DNA of 64,000 nt from Hamiltosporidium tvaerminnensis FI-OER-3-3 (Eukaryota; Fungi; Microsporidia): assembly GCA_022605425.2 (NCBI GenBank), contig CM061246.1:558001-622000 (forward strand). Reading direction: 5' to 3'. The stretch's first letter is position 1. Each line of letters begins with the position of its first letter. This document shows positions 48,551 through 62,190 of the stretch, piece after piece. Both the position numbers and the translations under genes were made by a program. The notes below the pieces were generated by a model. The model ran no database searches, was not told the DNA's origin, and saw nothing but the letters and a program-made list of their open reading frames with translations.

Positions 48551-51543
48551 ACATGAATATAGACAACATTAGCGTTATTTTATTGTTATTTGTAACGAAT
48601 TTAAGAATAATAGATTTTTCCTATCTTACAACATTCAAGGAACTTAAATGATACCCGTGCTAATACTGGAGCATAATATATTTAGTTATGTTTGATTAAA
48701 AGAACTTTGAAGCTTTGGGATATGTCTTTTATATTTTTCTTTCCTTTCTTTTAATACTATTATATTTCAAGTTTAGATAAAAATTAATCCTTGGATCGAG
48801 ATGATATGAAATATTCTATTTAGAATCAATAAAGAATCATTATTTTATTTTTATAATGAAGATTCAATATCAAGTTTTGAAATCCCCTTTATTCTGTAAC
48901 TAGTAATATCTTTAAAATAATTATAACAAAATTTCGGTTATTTTCCTATATCTTCTCGAAGTTAGCTTATAAATATTCTTATCTTCTTTAAATTTCAAAT
49001 GTAAATCAAAAAGAATTTGATTAAAATATATAGATGAAAATGTTAAAACAATCAAAAAAAAATAACGAAATTTATTGAATATATGTAAAGGTTTGGGGTA
49101 TATATTTTTTTAAATAAAATTTTCGTGAATTTTCATTGTATGGAACGCAGATTTAAAATTATAGACATATTTTAAAAATTAATATTACATGATCTGAGTA
49201 ATGTATTTAATTAAATAGGTGCTCAAAAGTTTTTTTTAACAAACAAAATAAAAAAGTTAGAAGTAATACATTAGTTCTAGATTGCTGTTTAAAAATCTAT
49301 TTTTGTTTATATAATGAACATAGACACGTTAACGTTTTATGGGTATATAATCCAAGAAAAGTGATAACGGAAATCATCTTATAACATTTTTTTAAAAAAT
49401 TCGAATTACTTTTTTTAAAAATTATATATAAATCAAAAAAGCATAATTCCAAGCTAGAAATTGATTATTCCATGAAATTGGCTGTAATCCAAATGAAAAT
49501 GAATAGCCATGACTCGCACTAAACCAAGATATCATGTACGAACTGTATAAAATGTTGACTGGATTTAAATGTTTTTCTTATATGTAATTTATTCGAATTC
49601 AGAAAAAGAAAGGGTATATTTGGAAGTGCTTTAATCTTATTCTGTGAGAAAAATGCCGATAGTATATGTATGATGATTCGTTTTATAATGTGTAATAAGC
49701 ATCGGCGCATATATTTTTAATTTTAATTTCTTGAGTTTTATTTGTAACTATAAAACGAATCTTTATAAATATCATATAGGTGTATCAATTAGAAAAAGGG
49801 TGGAGCAAGGATAAAGATTGCTTCTTTGACGAAACAAATTTCTAGAAAAATATTACAAAATTAAAGCGCTATTAATTTTTTTTCTTTTAAATTAACGAAT
49901 TCATTTTTTAAAAAAGGTTTAAAACTAGTCTTTTCACTCCATCATTTCAATCAAAAAGCTATTTATACCCAATCTAATTAACAACGCGTCGAAAAATATA
50001 AATTAACCATAAATTAAAATAGTTACATGTATGGTTCGCCGGGAAGCCAATGAGCCATAAAAACATGTTATTTTTTTGTTTCCACATAAATTAGTTAAAA
50101 AATCTAGCTTTTTTCGTGTAGAAGAATGCTTCAAATAAATAATAAAATATATTTAAGCAATAAAACAAACTACGAAAAATCTTAAAAACTAGTCTATCGT
50201 GAAAATATCTGGTAAAACAACTTTCTAAAACTTAAAATATTTTATGCGAAGTTCCAATGACCCGTAACTACCTTAAAGTTGCTAGTTTTGTCCATGTTTG
50301 CAATACTACAAATATGAATAAAAAATATTATATCGATCATCAATTAAAAAAATATCGGAGATTTGCACCTATTTCTCTGTATCTACTGAGAAAAATCATG
50401 TGGTTTTAAAATTGTTCACGGTGTTTTAGGCAAGTTTGAAAGCACAAGATGCATGTTTGGAAAGATTGCCAATACCACACCCAATTTAGTTTCATTCATA
50501 ATAAAAAAACATTTGCATATGAAAAACCAATGATAATGTATAAAATGTGGTCTGGTATCATAAATACGGTTAGTAGTTGTATTTTTATTCTGCAAAGAAA
50601 AATAAATGGCCTTGAAACCGAAGCTTTTTAGAGCATTATCTATAAAAATAATCAAATACTTACCGACTGCATTAGAATATTGTAATTGTGTAAATTTTCT
50701 TTTAAAAAAGAATTTTATAGCTTCAATATTATTTGAAATCCATATTAATAATTATTTAATAGGAAAATCTGAAAATCTCCTTTAAAACTGTAAGAGTCAA
50801 AGAAAGTAATATAAATAAATAAAGCTGCTTCTCTTTTTATCTAGTAAAAAAAACTCTATTTCAATAAATTTCGTGTATTATGAAAATGAAGAGCGTATTC
50901 TCCTTATGATATGCAAATATATCTTCTATTATGTGCAAGAAAATTTAAAAAAGAACATTAATATATTTTTAAACACTTCAAAAAAAATAACGGGAAGAAA
51001 TTCCAACATACAAATTTTTGAACAATTATTTTTTTACAAAGAATGAGCTTTTATCAGAATTTCTTTGAATTTTAAAAAGCCATCAAATCTTTCTTTCGAA
51101 TTCAAAGATTTACCAACTGATTTTTTAGTTTTTAAAATCTCGTTATTTACTTAAAAGACATTTCTGTGGTTATATGCTACTCTATTTCTGGAAATACGCA
51201 GAGTTGGTATGGTTTTTTAGAGAAATTTGTATTCCATAAATATAGTTATTGTTCATAGCTAATCTTTCTCATGAAACATCTAAAAACCAAAACATAATCG
51301 AGAATGCAGATAGAAATATAATAGAAGCATCAAAATATCTAGTAAAAACCAGACACCTATTTGCGATATAAAAATAACACAGAGTAGTTAAAAAAAAATA
51401 TCTGGGAATCGCATGAGTAATTTATTTAGTTATTTCTTTTGATACTTGAAATTAATAGAATATTTCTTTTTTCATCTATATTCTGTCTTAATGATTTAGA
51501 CAACTGGCTTGTACTTCTAGTTTAGAACTTGGTTGAAGATTTA

Positions 51544-53668
51544 TGTCACAGGCCAATAAACCCCCCCCATGTCCAATAGAACCCCGTTATTTCCTATATA
51601 CCCCCCTTTATTTTTTAATGATTTATAGAACCCCGTTATTTTCATATATTTTATCTAAGGGCCATATATTTAAAAAAAGGAAGTGATTTTTTCCCTAAAT
51701 TTAATAGGGGTCTCTGTAAAAAATGCTTATATAGTTTTCAACTTGAATTTCCCGCGAAAAAAAATATTTTAAGTTTCGCCAGAATAAAAATAAAAACTTT
51801 AATGATAATACTTAAATAATAAAAAATGTCTATAATAATTGCAAAGTAAATTAAATTAAACTCATTTTATTACGCCACTGAAAACTGTTCTTGTGTCTTC
51901 ATCATTGTTTTTTACTTCAATCATGTTGTTCATCAAAATAGCGGTAACTGTAAAAACCGAATTATCCTAAAAAGAGTCAAAAGGCGCTCTTTTGGTTTAT
52001 GTATTCATATCGAAGTCTTTTTTTATCAAAACTTGATCTCCAATAGACAAATCTCTCTTGTGTCTATTTGAATTGTTGTTTCTAGAATTCTTTCTCTATA
52101 ATTCTTAAAATGCTTAGCAATATCCGAACGAATTTTACTATTGATTTCAAGATAATCAGCTATTATAGTGGTTGTGGTGGTTACTGTTTCAGTAAATTCT
52201 TCATGTATTCCGAGGCGATTTCCAGGATCTATTGTGTATCCGCTGCATTTTCTTCGACTAAAATCATATCAGGATCTATATCAATAGCAGGCACTATCAT
52301 ACTGGCTTCGTTTTCAACTATTATGCTTCTAGGAAGTGGATTGTTAAAACCTGGTTGTCCGAAGAAAAGCATAAATGGATATTTGTTTGTTGCACCATGT
52401 ATTGTTCTATTATATACACAAACAACAATATTAAGATGTTTCATCCACCTTCTTCCGCCTGTTTCATGCAATTTCTTCGCTAGCCATCTTTTTATAGTTT
52501 GATTTACACGTTCCACTTGACCTTGCGCCTTTGGATTGCGTGGTCTTCCATGTATAATTTTGATGTTAAGTTCTGTTAAAAGGCTTCAAGTAGTGCATTT
52601 TTAAACTCTCGACCGTTATCGGATTGTATTACCACCAGGACACCGAAATTGTTAAATAAAAATTATAATGAATCTCTTACTAATTCCGAAGTTTTATTAA
52701 TCAGCTTAAAGCTCCAGAGATTTTTTGTGTATGTGTCGATTACATTGAGAATCCTGCTATATTGATCATTTTGATCACTGTATCTCCTTGGATCTACACA
52801 ATTCATCATAAATAGATCCTGTTTTTTTGTAATATGATTTATATATATTGGCTGAATTGTTTTTAGAGAATTGAATTGACTAATTCTTCACAGTCTCTTA
52901 TATACTCTCTTATGTATGCCTTGGGAATCCAATAGTATTTTTCTACAAACAAAGCCATCATTTTATTTAATCCAATCTGTGCAACAGAATGCTCTATTCG
53001 AATAATTTGTTTAATCAAGACAGTTTCAAATCTAAAAACGGCTCTTATTACATGATCGCTCCTTTTAAAACAAATATCATCTCCGAGCAAAGTAAAATGT
53101 TATGTCTCAACAATTCTTTTCTTCTTTAAAATAATCGCTGGATACTGATTGATTTTAAATATGCTGTTAGAATTTCTTTTTCTTTCGTATTTTTACAACT
53201 TACAATCTTTGGCATTTTGGTTACATTATGTTTTTATATATAAACCGAATACTTAGAAAAAAAACAAATAAGCTGAAAGCATTAAATAAATTTATATACA
53301 GTGTTATGTTGTTGAGTGTCTGTATCGAGTTTTACAACGAGCTTTTGCTTTACAAATACTAACAAATGCAAAAAACCGAAAAAAGCAAAAAAAGAACTGA
53401 AAAGAAAAATATAAATTTTATTGGATATTTTATTCATAATTAACACATCCTATTTGTTTATACAAAAGAAATGTTAAAAAAGGATGGATAAGAAATATTG
53501 AAAGGAAACTAAAATAAGAAGGTTTATCGAATAAAGGAAATAAATGGGTTATAAGGATATATAAATCAAAAGGCTACATCAAAAAATAAAGGGTGTTATC
53601 AAGATTAAAGATGTATAGGACATAACGGGGTTCTATTGGACATGGGGGGGGTTTATCGGCCCGTGACA
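51544..53668 (-). mobile_element. Ginger-type (Ginger2/TDD-like) DNA transposon, structurally complete
   Basis: ~55-bp TIRs tgtcac(a/g)ggcc(a/g)ataaaccccccccatgtccaatagaaccccgttat(t/g)tcctata; TGT...ACA termini; 4-bp TSD ttta at 51540-51543 and 53669-53672; encodes a retroviral-like integrase with no RT, gag or LTRs. Confidence 0.9.
51870..53215 (-). pseudogene. Integrase-like DDE transposase pseudogene
   Basis: Fragments: degenerate HHCC region (EHSVAQIG...KYYWIP..YIREYIRDC), LNVIDTYTK, IQSDNGREFKN, IIHGRPRNPKAQGQVERVNQTIKRWL, YNRTIHGATNKYPFMLFFG, IGDQVLIK; several stops and frameshifts. Confidence 0.88.
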
Positions 53669-56600
53669 TTTATTAATAATAACTGGGATTAAATCTAGAA
53701 AAGAAATTTAATATGAAAGATGCTACGTGTAAAAAGATTCGAGATAAAAAAGAGGGAAAAATAAAAGAAATAGACAAAAATGGCATAAATTGAATTTGTT
53801 AAAGATATTTAAACTAGATTAAATCCTAAAACATAATTTGAATAAATATTCTTAGTATAACCAGATATGTGATAGAACACGCTATCGTGATAAAAAAATC
53901 TTATTTAGTCTTTTAAAAAAAATTTGTCATTTATTTTTACATTATAATGAATGTGAGAAAAGTAAAATACAAATAATGAAGTTTAGCACACATTCGTAAA
54001 AAATATTTTCTAAGCTGAAAAATGTTCGAACAAATGGTCTAATTAAACACAAATATATTTTTGGCTAACAATCTATGCAATTACTTCAATATAATAAAAC
54101 AAAAACCTAACTAGTAAGTTTATAAATAATCTATTTAAGAAAATCCAAATTGATCGTAATCGTTGACTTTTGAAATTTAATCTTCTATGAACTCTGCTTT
54201 TAATATGTTGTAATAGATTGTTCAATAAATCCTGTATATTTTCAACGATTCTAATATTTTGAACATGGAGATAAATTAATATTTTAATCATTATTTTTTC
54301 AGTTAAATCTGCGGACAACTTTCTAAACAAAATTTTTTTGTGCATTGTAGTATTCTACTACATAATTATAGATTATCGGAATTCTCTTATGAAATATGAA
54401 ATTATATTTTATTAAAAATATATTGGTTGAAGAAAGAAAAACAAAGAATTGAAATAATAAATTAAATAAACCTTTTTATTAATAAAAACAACTCTTTATC
54501 TACACGGGTTAAAAAACCCTTTACTTCGACTGATAGAGCTGCTTCTATCAAAGATACCTTTTATCTGGGTGCCTCGAGAGAGATTACGACAGGCATATTT
54601 ACTAAATTTTAATACGCATTGATGTAGCATAAAATTTCATAAAATTGCTCGAGGCTGAAAAGCAAAACTATTTGACAAAAATAAAAAAAGAACAGGGAAA
54701 TATATGTACCAAAATGTATGTCTTATAACCAATTTATGGCCTGTTAATCGTGTTGAAATTTATAATATTTGCCGTTTAAAACAATTAAGAATTTTCAAAG
54801 AGGGGGTGTGATTAGTATTTTTAACAAATATATATCTAGACTTATAAAATAAGACAACAATTTCTTCTTAAATTTCTCCATCAAAATATAAGATTTGAAA
54901 AATTTTGAAGTAATGTTTTTTAAAAATGAAGTTTAAAAAATCATTAAGAATAATGTTAAAGTAATCTTGTGGATGAATAGGGCCTCTTCTTTTCTATTTG
55001 TGTTGTATATACCTTTTTGAGGCACATGCGAAAAAAATATACAATGTTGAGAAAATATATAAAGAGAAATTCAAGCAATAAATTATTTTTTGCTCATCGG
55101 TAAAGAAAACTCTTTGATGCAAAAAAACTGGCTATTATAACTATAGAACTTCCCGTTTTATGTAAAAATAAGCTTAAAAATTAAAAGGCGAAATCAACTA
55201 CAAATAAAATGTGTTGTGAAAATATTGTTACTTTTTTTAGTGTAGTATGCACCGCAAATACTCTGAAATGATCAAAGATGCCAACAGAATTAATTCTTTG
55301 GTTTATTTATGAATCCGAATGCAACGTTATGCAAATAGTTTGAACAAATTCTATGCACATTTATCAAAGAAGCTATTTTCTTTAATTGATGAACCTTTAA
55401 TGTGGTTAATTAAATATCCAATTAAATTACTCTAAATATGACTGGATGTTCATTAAGTTTAGTTCATGCTTTTGTGTATATGCGATAAATAAAATGTGAA
55501 TCAGATTGAGAGGAAAGTGCTCTGCATTTCCTTTGTTTGAACCTGCAAAGTAAACTCTTAGTGCTAATTTTTGGAGCTAACATACAATTCTGCTATGGGG
55601 ATCCTTCATAAAGAAATATATCAATGTTCCAAAATAACGCAGTATAAAAAATAGAATCCGCCAGGAATCCACGTAAACTAAACGAAAAGCGTTATTCGAG
55701 TTTATAAAAATCATAGGAGGAGATAAAAATGAAAATCAAATAAGTCCGTGCAACGCGATTCATATAATAAAAAATAAAATAGAAACTTCATTTAAAGTTT
55801 AATTGCTAGAAAAAAAAAATGGTTAAGTTGGTTATATTAATCATACAATGAAAAGAAATGAATAAGACATTTGTTTGCTAAACAGTCTTCTATTATTGGT
55901 GGGAAAAATGGAGTTATGGTAGAAAAAAAGTTATTATCATTAAACAACTATATTTGCTAAGATTTAACACAAAAAACGTCTATTTTTGTAGTTAATTTAT
56001 TCGCTCTGAACATCTTGATTTCTAAACGAATATAAATGAATTTTTAAAACTAATGCATTACCTCTGCTTTTAAAAATTATTGAAAATACTCAAACCAAAA
56101 CCTAAGTTTGGGAAAACTAAGAGAGGTGTATAATTCGAAATAAACCACAAAATGTTTTTTTAAAATGCGAGAAACTGCGCATACTTACACTCCCCGAAGC
56201 TGCAATTTAATTTCTTCGGGGATGATCGCTTCAGATTTATACTTTGAAAATCCAAAAAGCCAAGACCTTTTCTAAAGAGTCACATTTTTACTTGATGTAG
56301 TACCGAAATAATTTTATGTATTTATTTGGCAAGTTATTGTGACAAAAACCATAAATTATATAGAAAGAAGATTATAAAACAAAATGACAAGAAGAATTTG
56401 TATAATCGATGATCGCAAAAAAAATATAAATTTAACTATAGTTCAACGAAATGTATATAGATAGGCACAACCAACCTTATATGATACATAAAAAACTAGC
56501 ATATTTGAAACCCCTGAATTAGCCAACAATATACGTGAAAAAAAAATGCATTGATCAGAAAAAAATTGTAAAATAAGAAGGTGCTTAGATAACGAAAAAG

Positions 56601-59600
56601 AAATTTCCATATCTTGAAGTTGTATGATAGAATCACTGGATATTTACAGGGAAATTTTTAAAGTTTAAGATAAATATCTAGATAAAGATGGTGGTTAAGA
56701 TGATGTGGACTTACCATCGAAAAATGCTAAAAAGAAGCCAGATTTTTCGTGAACTAAGTTTTTGGTTCATATTTTTTTCACTATTTTCGACTTTTTGATA
56801 TTCAATATTTTAATAAAGCAGCTAGAAAATTTTTAGACAAAATCATTTATACTTAAAATTTACATATGTGTTTAAATAAGACTGCTTGTTTATTTTACAA
56901 CGTAACATGGTGTATAAAATTTTGATTTTTTATTTCCTAATTTTTATGCAGCTATTTCCGCTAGTTTATATTACAAGGAAATTTTAAATAAAATCATACT
57001 CATTAATTTTTATTTTGTGAGTACTTGCATTTTTTTCAGAAATGATGTCTTGCTTATCTTCCTTCTAGCAGAAGAGTACAAATTGTTTCGAAAGAAACCA
57101 ATATTCTAGATTCTTTTCTAAGAAATTTTTACCTAAATTATTTTCCTATAGGAAATTTCTTAGTTATTGAAAAATGCTTCTTGTATTTTACCTCCTATTA
57201 TGTTCATAATATATATAATATATCTATAATTCTATAAAAACAAACATTAGATAAATTATAACCAGTAGAATGTTGCTAGTGAATTCTAGAATCTACGATA
57301 AAATTATCATGACTATACTTGTTATGAAAATCGCTATAAAGTCAAAAAATTTTAGTTTAAAAATTGTCTATTTAAAACCATCTCCACAAATATAGCATGC
57401 AAAAATAGCTTTGATCTCATAAAAACCATTTAAAGAATTTAACAACATATCTTCCTTATATGCCATATAGAAAACAAAGTTGCAAAATATTAAAGGAATT
57501 TTTAATGGTTTTAGAAGCCTTATTTGAATTTAAAGAGAAGGTTAAATTTAAAACCAATCCGGTTTAACTTTTTGAATGTTATAAGAGCAGCTTAGATTGT
57601 TATATGCTTCAAATTACAGACTTTTGAATTTATGTAATTGCCAACTCAATTATATACATATTATATGCGCGTAATAATGCTGAATAAATGTTAATGCTTG
57701 CTTTGTTTTGATAATGATTTTCTAAATACCTCTCTCTGTCTCTTTAAATTGGAAGGACGAGAAAATTCTGGTTCGAAGAAAATGTTTACATATATAGAAA
57801 AAAAGAAATAAAAGAGGTCTAACATGTTCTAACACAGTTATATCTTAATTCGAACTTTTAATGCATAATTTAAATAATCAAATGAGGTCGTGTAATATTT
57901 TTGGCATTGATTTTGATAAAATTATTTATCATACACCACTTTAAACTGCACACAATTTGCCAAAAAATGCGCATATGATATATATTTTTTTATTAAGGGA
58001 CAATCTAGTCGATTTCATCATTGTAAACTTTGAGATAAGTTGAATGAAGTATTAACAAACAATACAAGTAGTGTAAAAAATAATCTCAATCCTTAAAAAA
58101 GCATTGTATAATACTACTGTATAAATAAATGATTGTTTCTACGGTCAAATGCGAGACTGCTCACAATATAAATTAAATATTTTGATCTTGTTCTATGAAA
58201 GAATTATATCGAACATGAAGGGATTAAATTTTGAGATAATAGCATAATAGAGTAGGTATCACACGTGTTCTTTTTTAATTTAACAATGTTAGATTTAATT
58301 ACTTGTGCAACTAACACTCATGAGAATATATCTGGTTAAAAGCCTTTTTTACAAATCAGATCTGCTCGTTCCGATGACAAGTACTATATAAAGAAACTCG
58401 GTCGACTTATTATTTTTAAATGCACATAGAAACTAACATGTTTAAAACCAAAAATTACTTTATAATCTCACAACATTATTAATTTTATTAGAAAGATTTT
58501 GTAATAAGATCGAATAACCTTTATATAAACAACTGCCAAATATACCAAATTAAAAACGTTTTCGGATATTTTATTAAAATGTAGTATAATATATACACGA
58601 TTGTATATTTCGTATATAAGTAAAAGTAGGATTATTATCTACAAGAATTTTTCTATCTGACTATTCAGCATCTTCAATTTCTACTTCAAGCTTTTTTTTA
58701 TAAGATATTTTGTTGTTATATATTTTGATGATATCTATGTAATTTATAGATAAAATAACGCTATCTTTTTATTACTCTTATATTTTAATTTTATAAAAAA
58801 ATTTCGAATATATAGTGAATATAAAGAATGTAACATAAATAAAGTTTGAATGTAGTTATATTAAACTAAAAATATTCCATCTTATGGCTTAATCATAGGC
58901 TAGACAGTTGTTTTGCTTTGATTAAAATGTTCATTTTTAAATATTTGAGAAGGGTAAAGTAATATTCTCATCCTGAAATACGGCTTTAAAGCTTATAAAT
59001 TGTGATATTTATGTATACCATTACGTTAGAACAACATAAATTACACCATGATGAATTTTACAATATTTAATTACTTATTAACGGTCTTAGAAGTCTTAAT
59101 ATACGAAAATCAATTTAAAATATTTCTTTTTGTTTATAAAATTATTAATTTTAAAGATGTATATTTTAAATTGTTTTTTGTTCTTAATATCTCGGAATAT
59201 CCGTCTTTTTCGATCTGATATCCGAATAATACAAGGCGCATAGAAGTCATCTGTATGATTTTTTGTTATTTTTTATTTATGCTATGTTTGAAATATGTAT
59301 TAAATATTCGTAAAATGGTATTCTAAAGGAAATTTAGACTTCAAAAACTTTTTAAATTAAAGATAAAATATATATTATTTTTACTTTATAAAGAAGAAAA
59401 CTCGATTCTAATTTATAAAATCTCAGTCAGTGATTTACTTCTTTACTGCTAGTTGAAGTTAAAAATTATTATATATTAACGAAATAAAATTTTTTCGTTG
59501 GACCATGTAATATTTTGATAAATTTTAATAAATTGTTAAGTTCTTCTAATTCTTTATTGTTTTAAATTTTTTATACCTTTATTTTATTCTGAAAAAATTG

Positions 59601-62190
59601 TTTCCATATTTATTACTTTGAATGAAACAAAATTTTTCGCTTGGATATAAAATAATTAGACATTAACTAACCTCTTCTTAAATTTTTTATAATTATTATT
59701 ATTCAAACCGAAACAAGAAATTTAGTTTTATAATATACTTACATTCTTCTGTACTTTTTTTTGATAGCGTTCTACACATCATAGTCATTTAATTGTAAGC
59801 TTCAATGGAAGTAAATAGAAAACTAATATAAATTACAAAAACGTAATTTTACTTATCAGTTTTAATTAAATATTGCAGTTTTCTATAGAATAAACGATTC
59901 CATTATGATTTCCAAAACCTATTATTTAAATACTTCAGCTAATGGTAAATTTAAGAAAAGTAACATTCATTCTATAGTTAAAGACGTTTATTTCTAATAT
60001 ATTTAAATTGAAATATTTTATATAATTCTGGTTTGTATATATTTACGGTTTATTTAGCTTGTACTTCATATTCCCTATGCATGTGGATTTTTATTTTTTT
60101 TAAAAATTGTAATTATAACTAGTTTTATTCAAGTTTTAGTATGAATAGTACATAAAAATTAAAGATATAGATTAAAATTTGTGTGTCTTATTTTATTCTT
60201 GCACCATATTGCAGACTTAACATTAATAAAGCTCATCGAGGTTAAAAAAAGAGGAAGGTTGGGTATGGTTTAACGACTATTTCGATTGGAAAAATTTCTG
60301 TTTTAAGAAACATTCATTAAACGACTTAAATCAATTTTTACGGGATAAAAGATTGTGGTTTACTTAATAAGTTGTTAGCTGTTGTAAAACGATTTAAACA
60401 ATTGCTGTTCATATACCGTGACGCGATTTAATAAATATATATGTTGTAAAGTCTTTTTTTATTCGTTTAGATTTATGAATTTTTTCGTTAATTAACTAAA
60501 ACAATATTTTTCGATTAATTTATCGTCATATTGCTATATGATAATTATTTTAAAACCAATTTTAATATCTCTTAATGTTATTTAATCATTTTGGCATTAA
60601 TTACCATAACATTCATATAAATATAATGATTTTTAAGAGTTTTAAATGATATAATATAACATTATAAAATATATTATTCTAAAATTAATTTAAAAGCCAT
60701 TATATTTTAGAAAAATATGCATTCCTTGTGACAAATCATGTTGACTGCTTGCTATATTTTTCTAAAGATAATCCAATAGGTTTTTTACTATTGCCAGAGG
60801 GGTATAACCATCCAATTATTGTACATCTTCATAATTTTTAGTATTTTGCTAACTTAAAATTCATATTCAAATTTAATTTTTTTGATAAAAATAGAAGTTT
60901 TGAACCATTATAACATAAATTTCAATGATTAGAAGTTTATACATTCGCTTATTATCTACTTTATATTTTTATTATTCTTGTTCAATTTATTGAATTAATC
61001 TTATATTTCTAGTATATATTTCTTTTTAATGTAATTTGGTAACTCTGTAGTGCCAAGAATCTATTATTTTTATATAATACAAAAATTTCCCTTAATTAAT
61101 TCTTTTATTTCAATATATTTGTTTGGTTGACTGAAAAAATTATATTTGTTGTTCTAAATTTTCTTAATACTAGATCCGTTAAGTTATAACTTGAAAATCC
61201 AATTTTGCAATGGTTAACAAAAAATTTTTTTAATCATTACCAAACAGAAATTTATGCTTGATACTGATTTATGATCCAAAAATTTAAATTTTAGAATTTT
61301 ATAAATAAGCTTTGTCTATCTATTTTAAACATTTGAATCATTAAATCTACCATTATTTTTTGAGTAAATTATTATTGGCAAATATGCCTCTATATTTTTC
61401 TGTTTCATTTCTATGTAATTAGATTCATAATTCAAAACTTAGCAAATATATTATTATAACGCTATAGAAAAATCTCAAATTTTATTTAATGTCAAATATA
61501 TAAAGCCACTAGTACATTGGTTTATTCATCTCATAAAGTTTTTTTTTAAAAAATTATTTATATATCCTTTAAAGTATTTTTGCGCATATATCTATCATTT
61601 ATTTGAACAAAGAGATGCTAGTTAAGAAATTCTTTCTATAATGTATACATACATTATTTTTTAAAGCAATGTATGTGAATATATTTATTATTTTTCTTAT
61701 TTATATATTATCAAAGATTGACAAATATATTCTTTTTTTTGAATTTATGATTCAAATGATTAAAACTTTGTGATCTTTGGTCATTTTTATATTCTAAACA
61801 TGAATACAGTAATTCTGTGATTGTATATATTTAAAATTTTTTTTTAAATAAATAAATAAAATTCGGCTTTATTGATAAAAAGTTTTCAGCACTACTCGTT
61901 GTATTGTTTTTAAAGGGAAACTAAGCTATTCGTTTCCATACCATGAACCACACTCAAAAACAAAAATCCAATAAAACCGACCCGGCTGTGTACAGCCACC
62001 ATATCCACATTTAGACTTCGGTTCTAGAATATATACAGGTAAGAAAACTATAACAGTACAAGTCTTAGATTTAAAAATTTTGAAAACTTTGAAGCAAAGG
62101 AAAAGAAATGATAAATAAAAATACTGATTTTTTCTCAATTAAAAATCTCGATGCTGTCTTTTGAAAATAGTTTACTTATATATAAAGGGA

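Noticed and set aside
48378-48651. Poly-Phe and poly-Lys ORFs
   Set aside because: Translations of the homopolymer tract.
51544-53668. LTR retrotransposon interpretation of the integrase
   Set aside because: Termini are inverted rather than direct repeats, and the 2.1-kb element has no gag, protease or RT.
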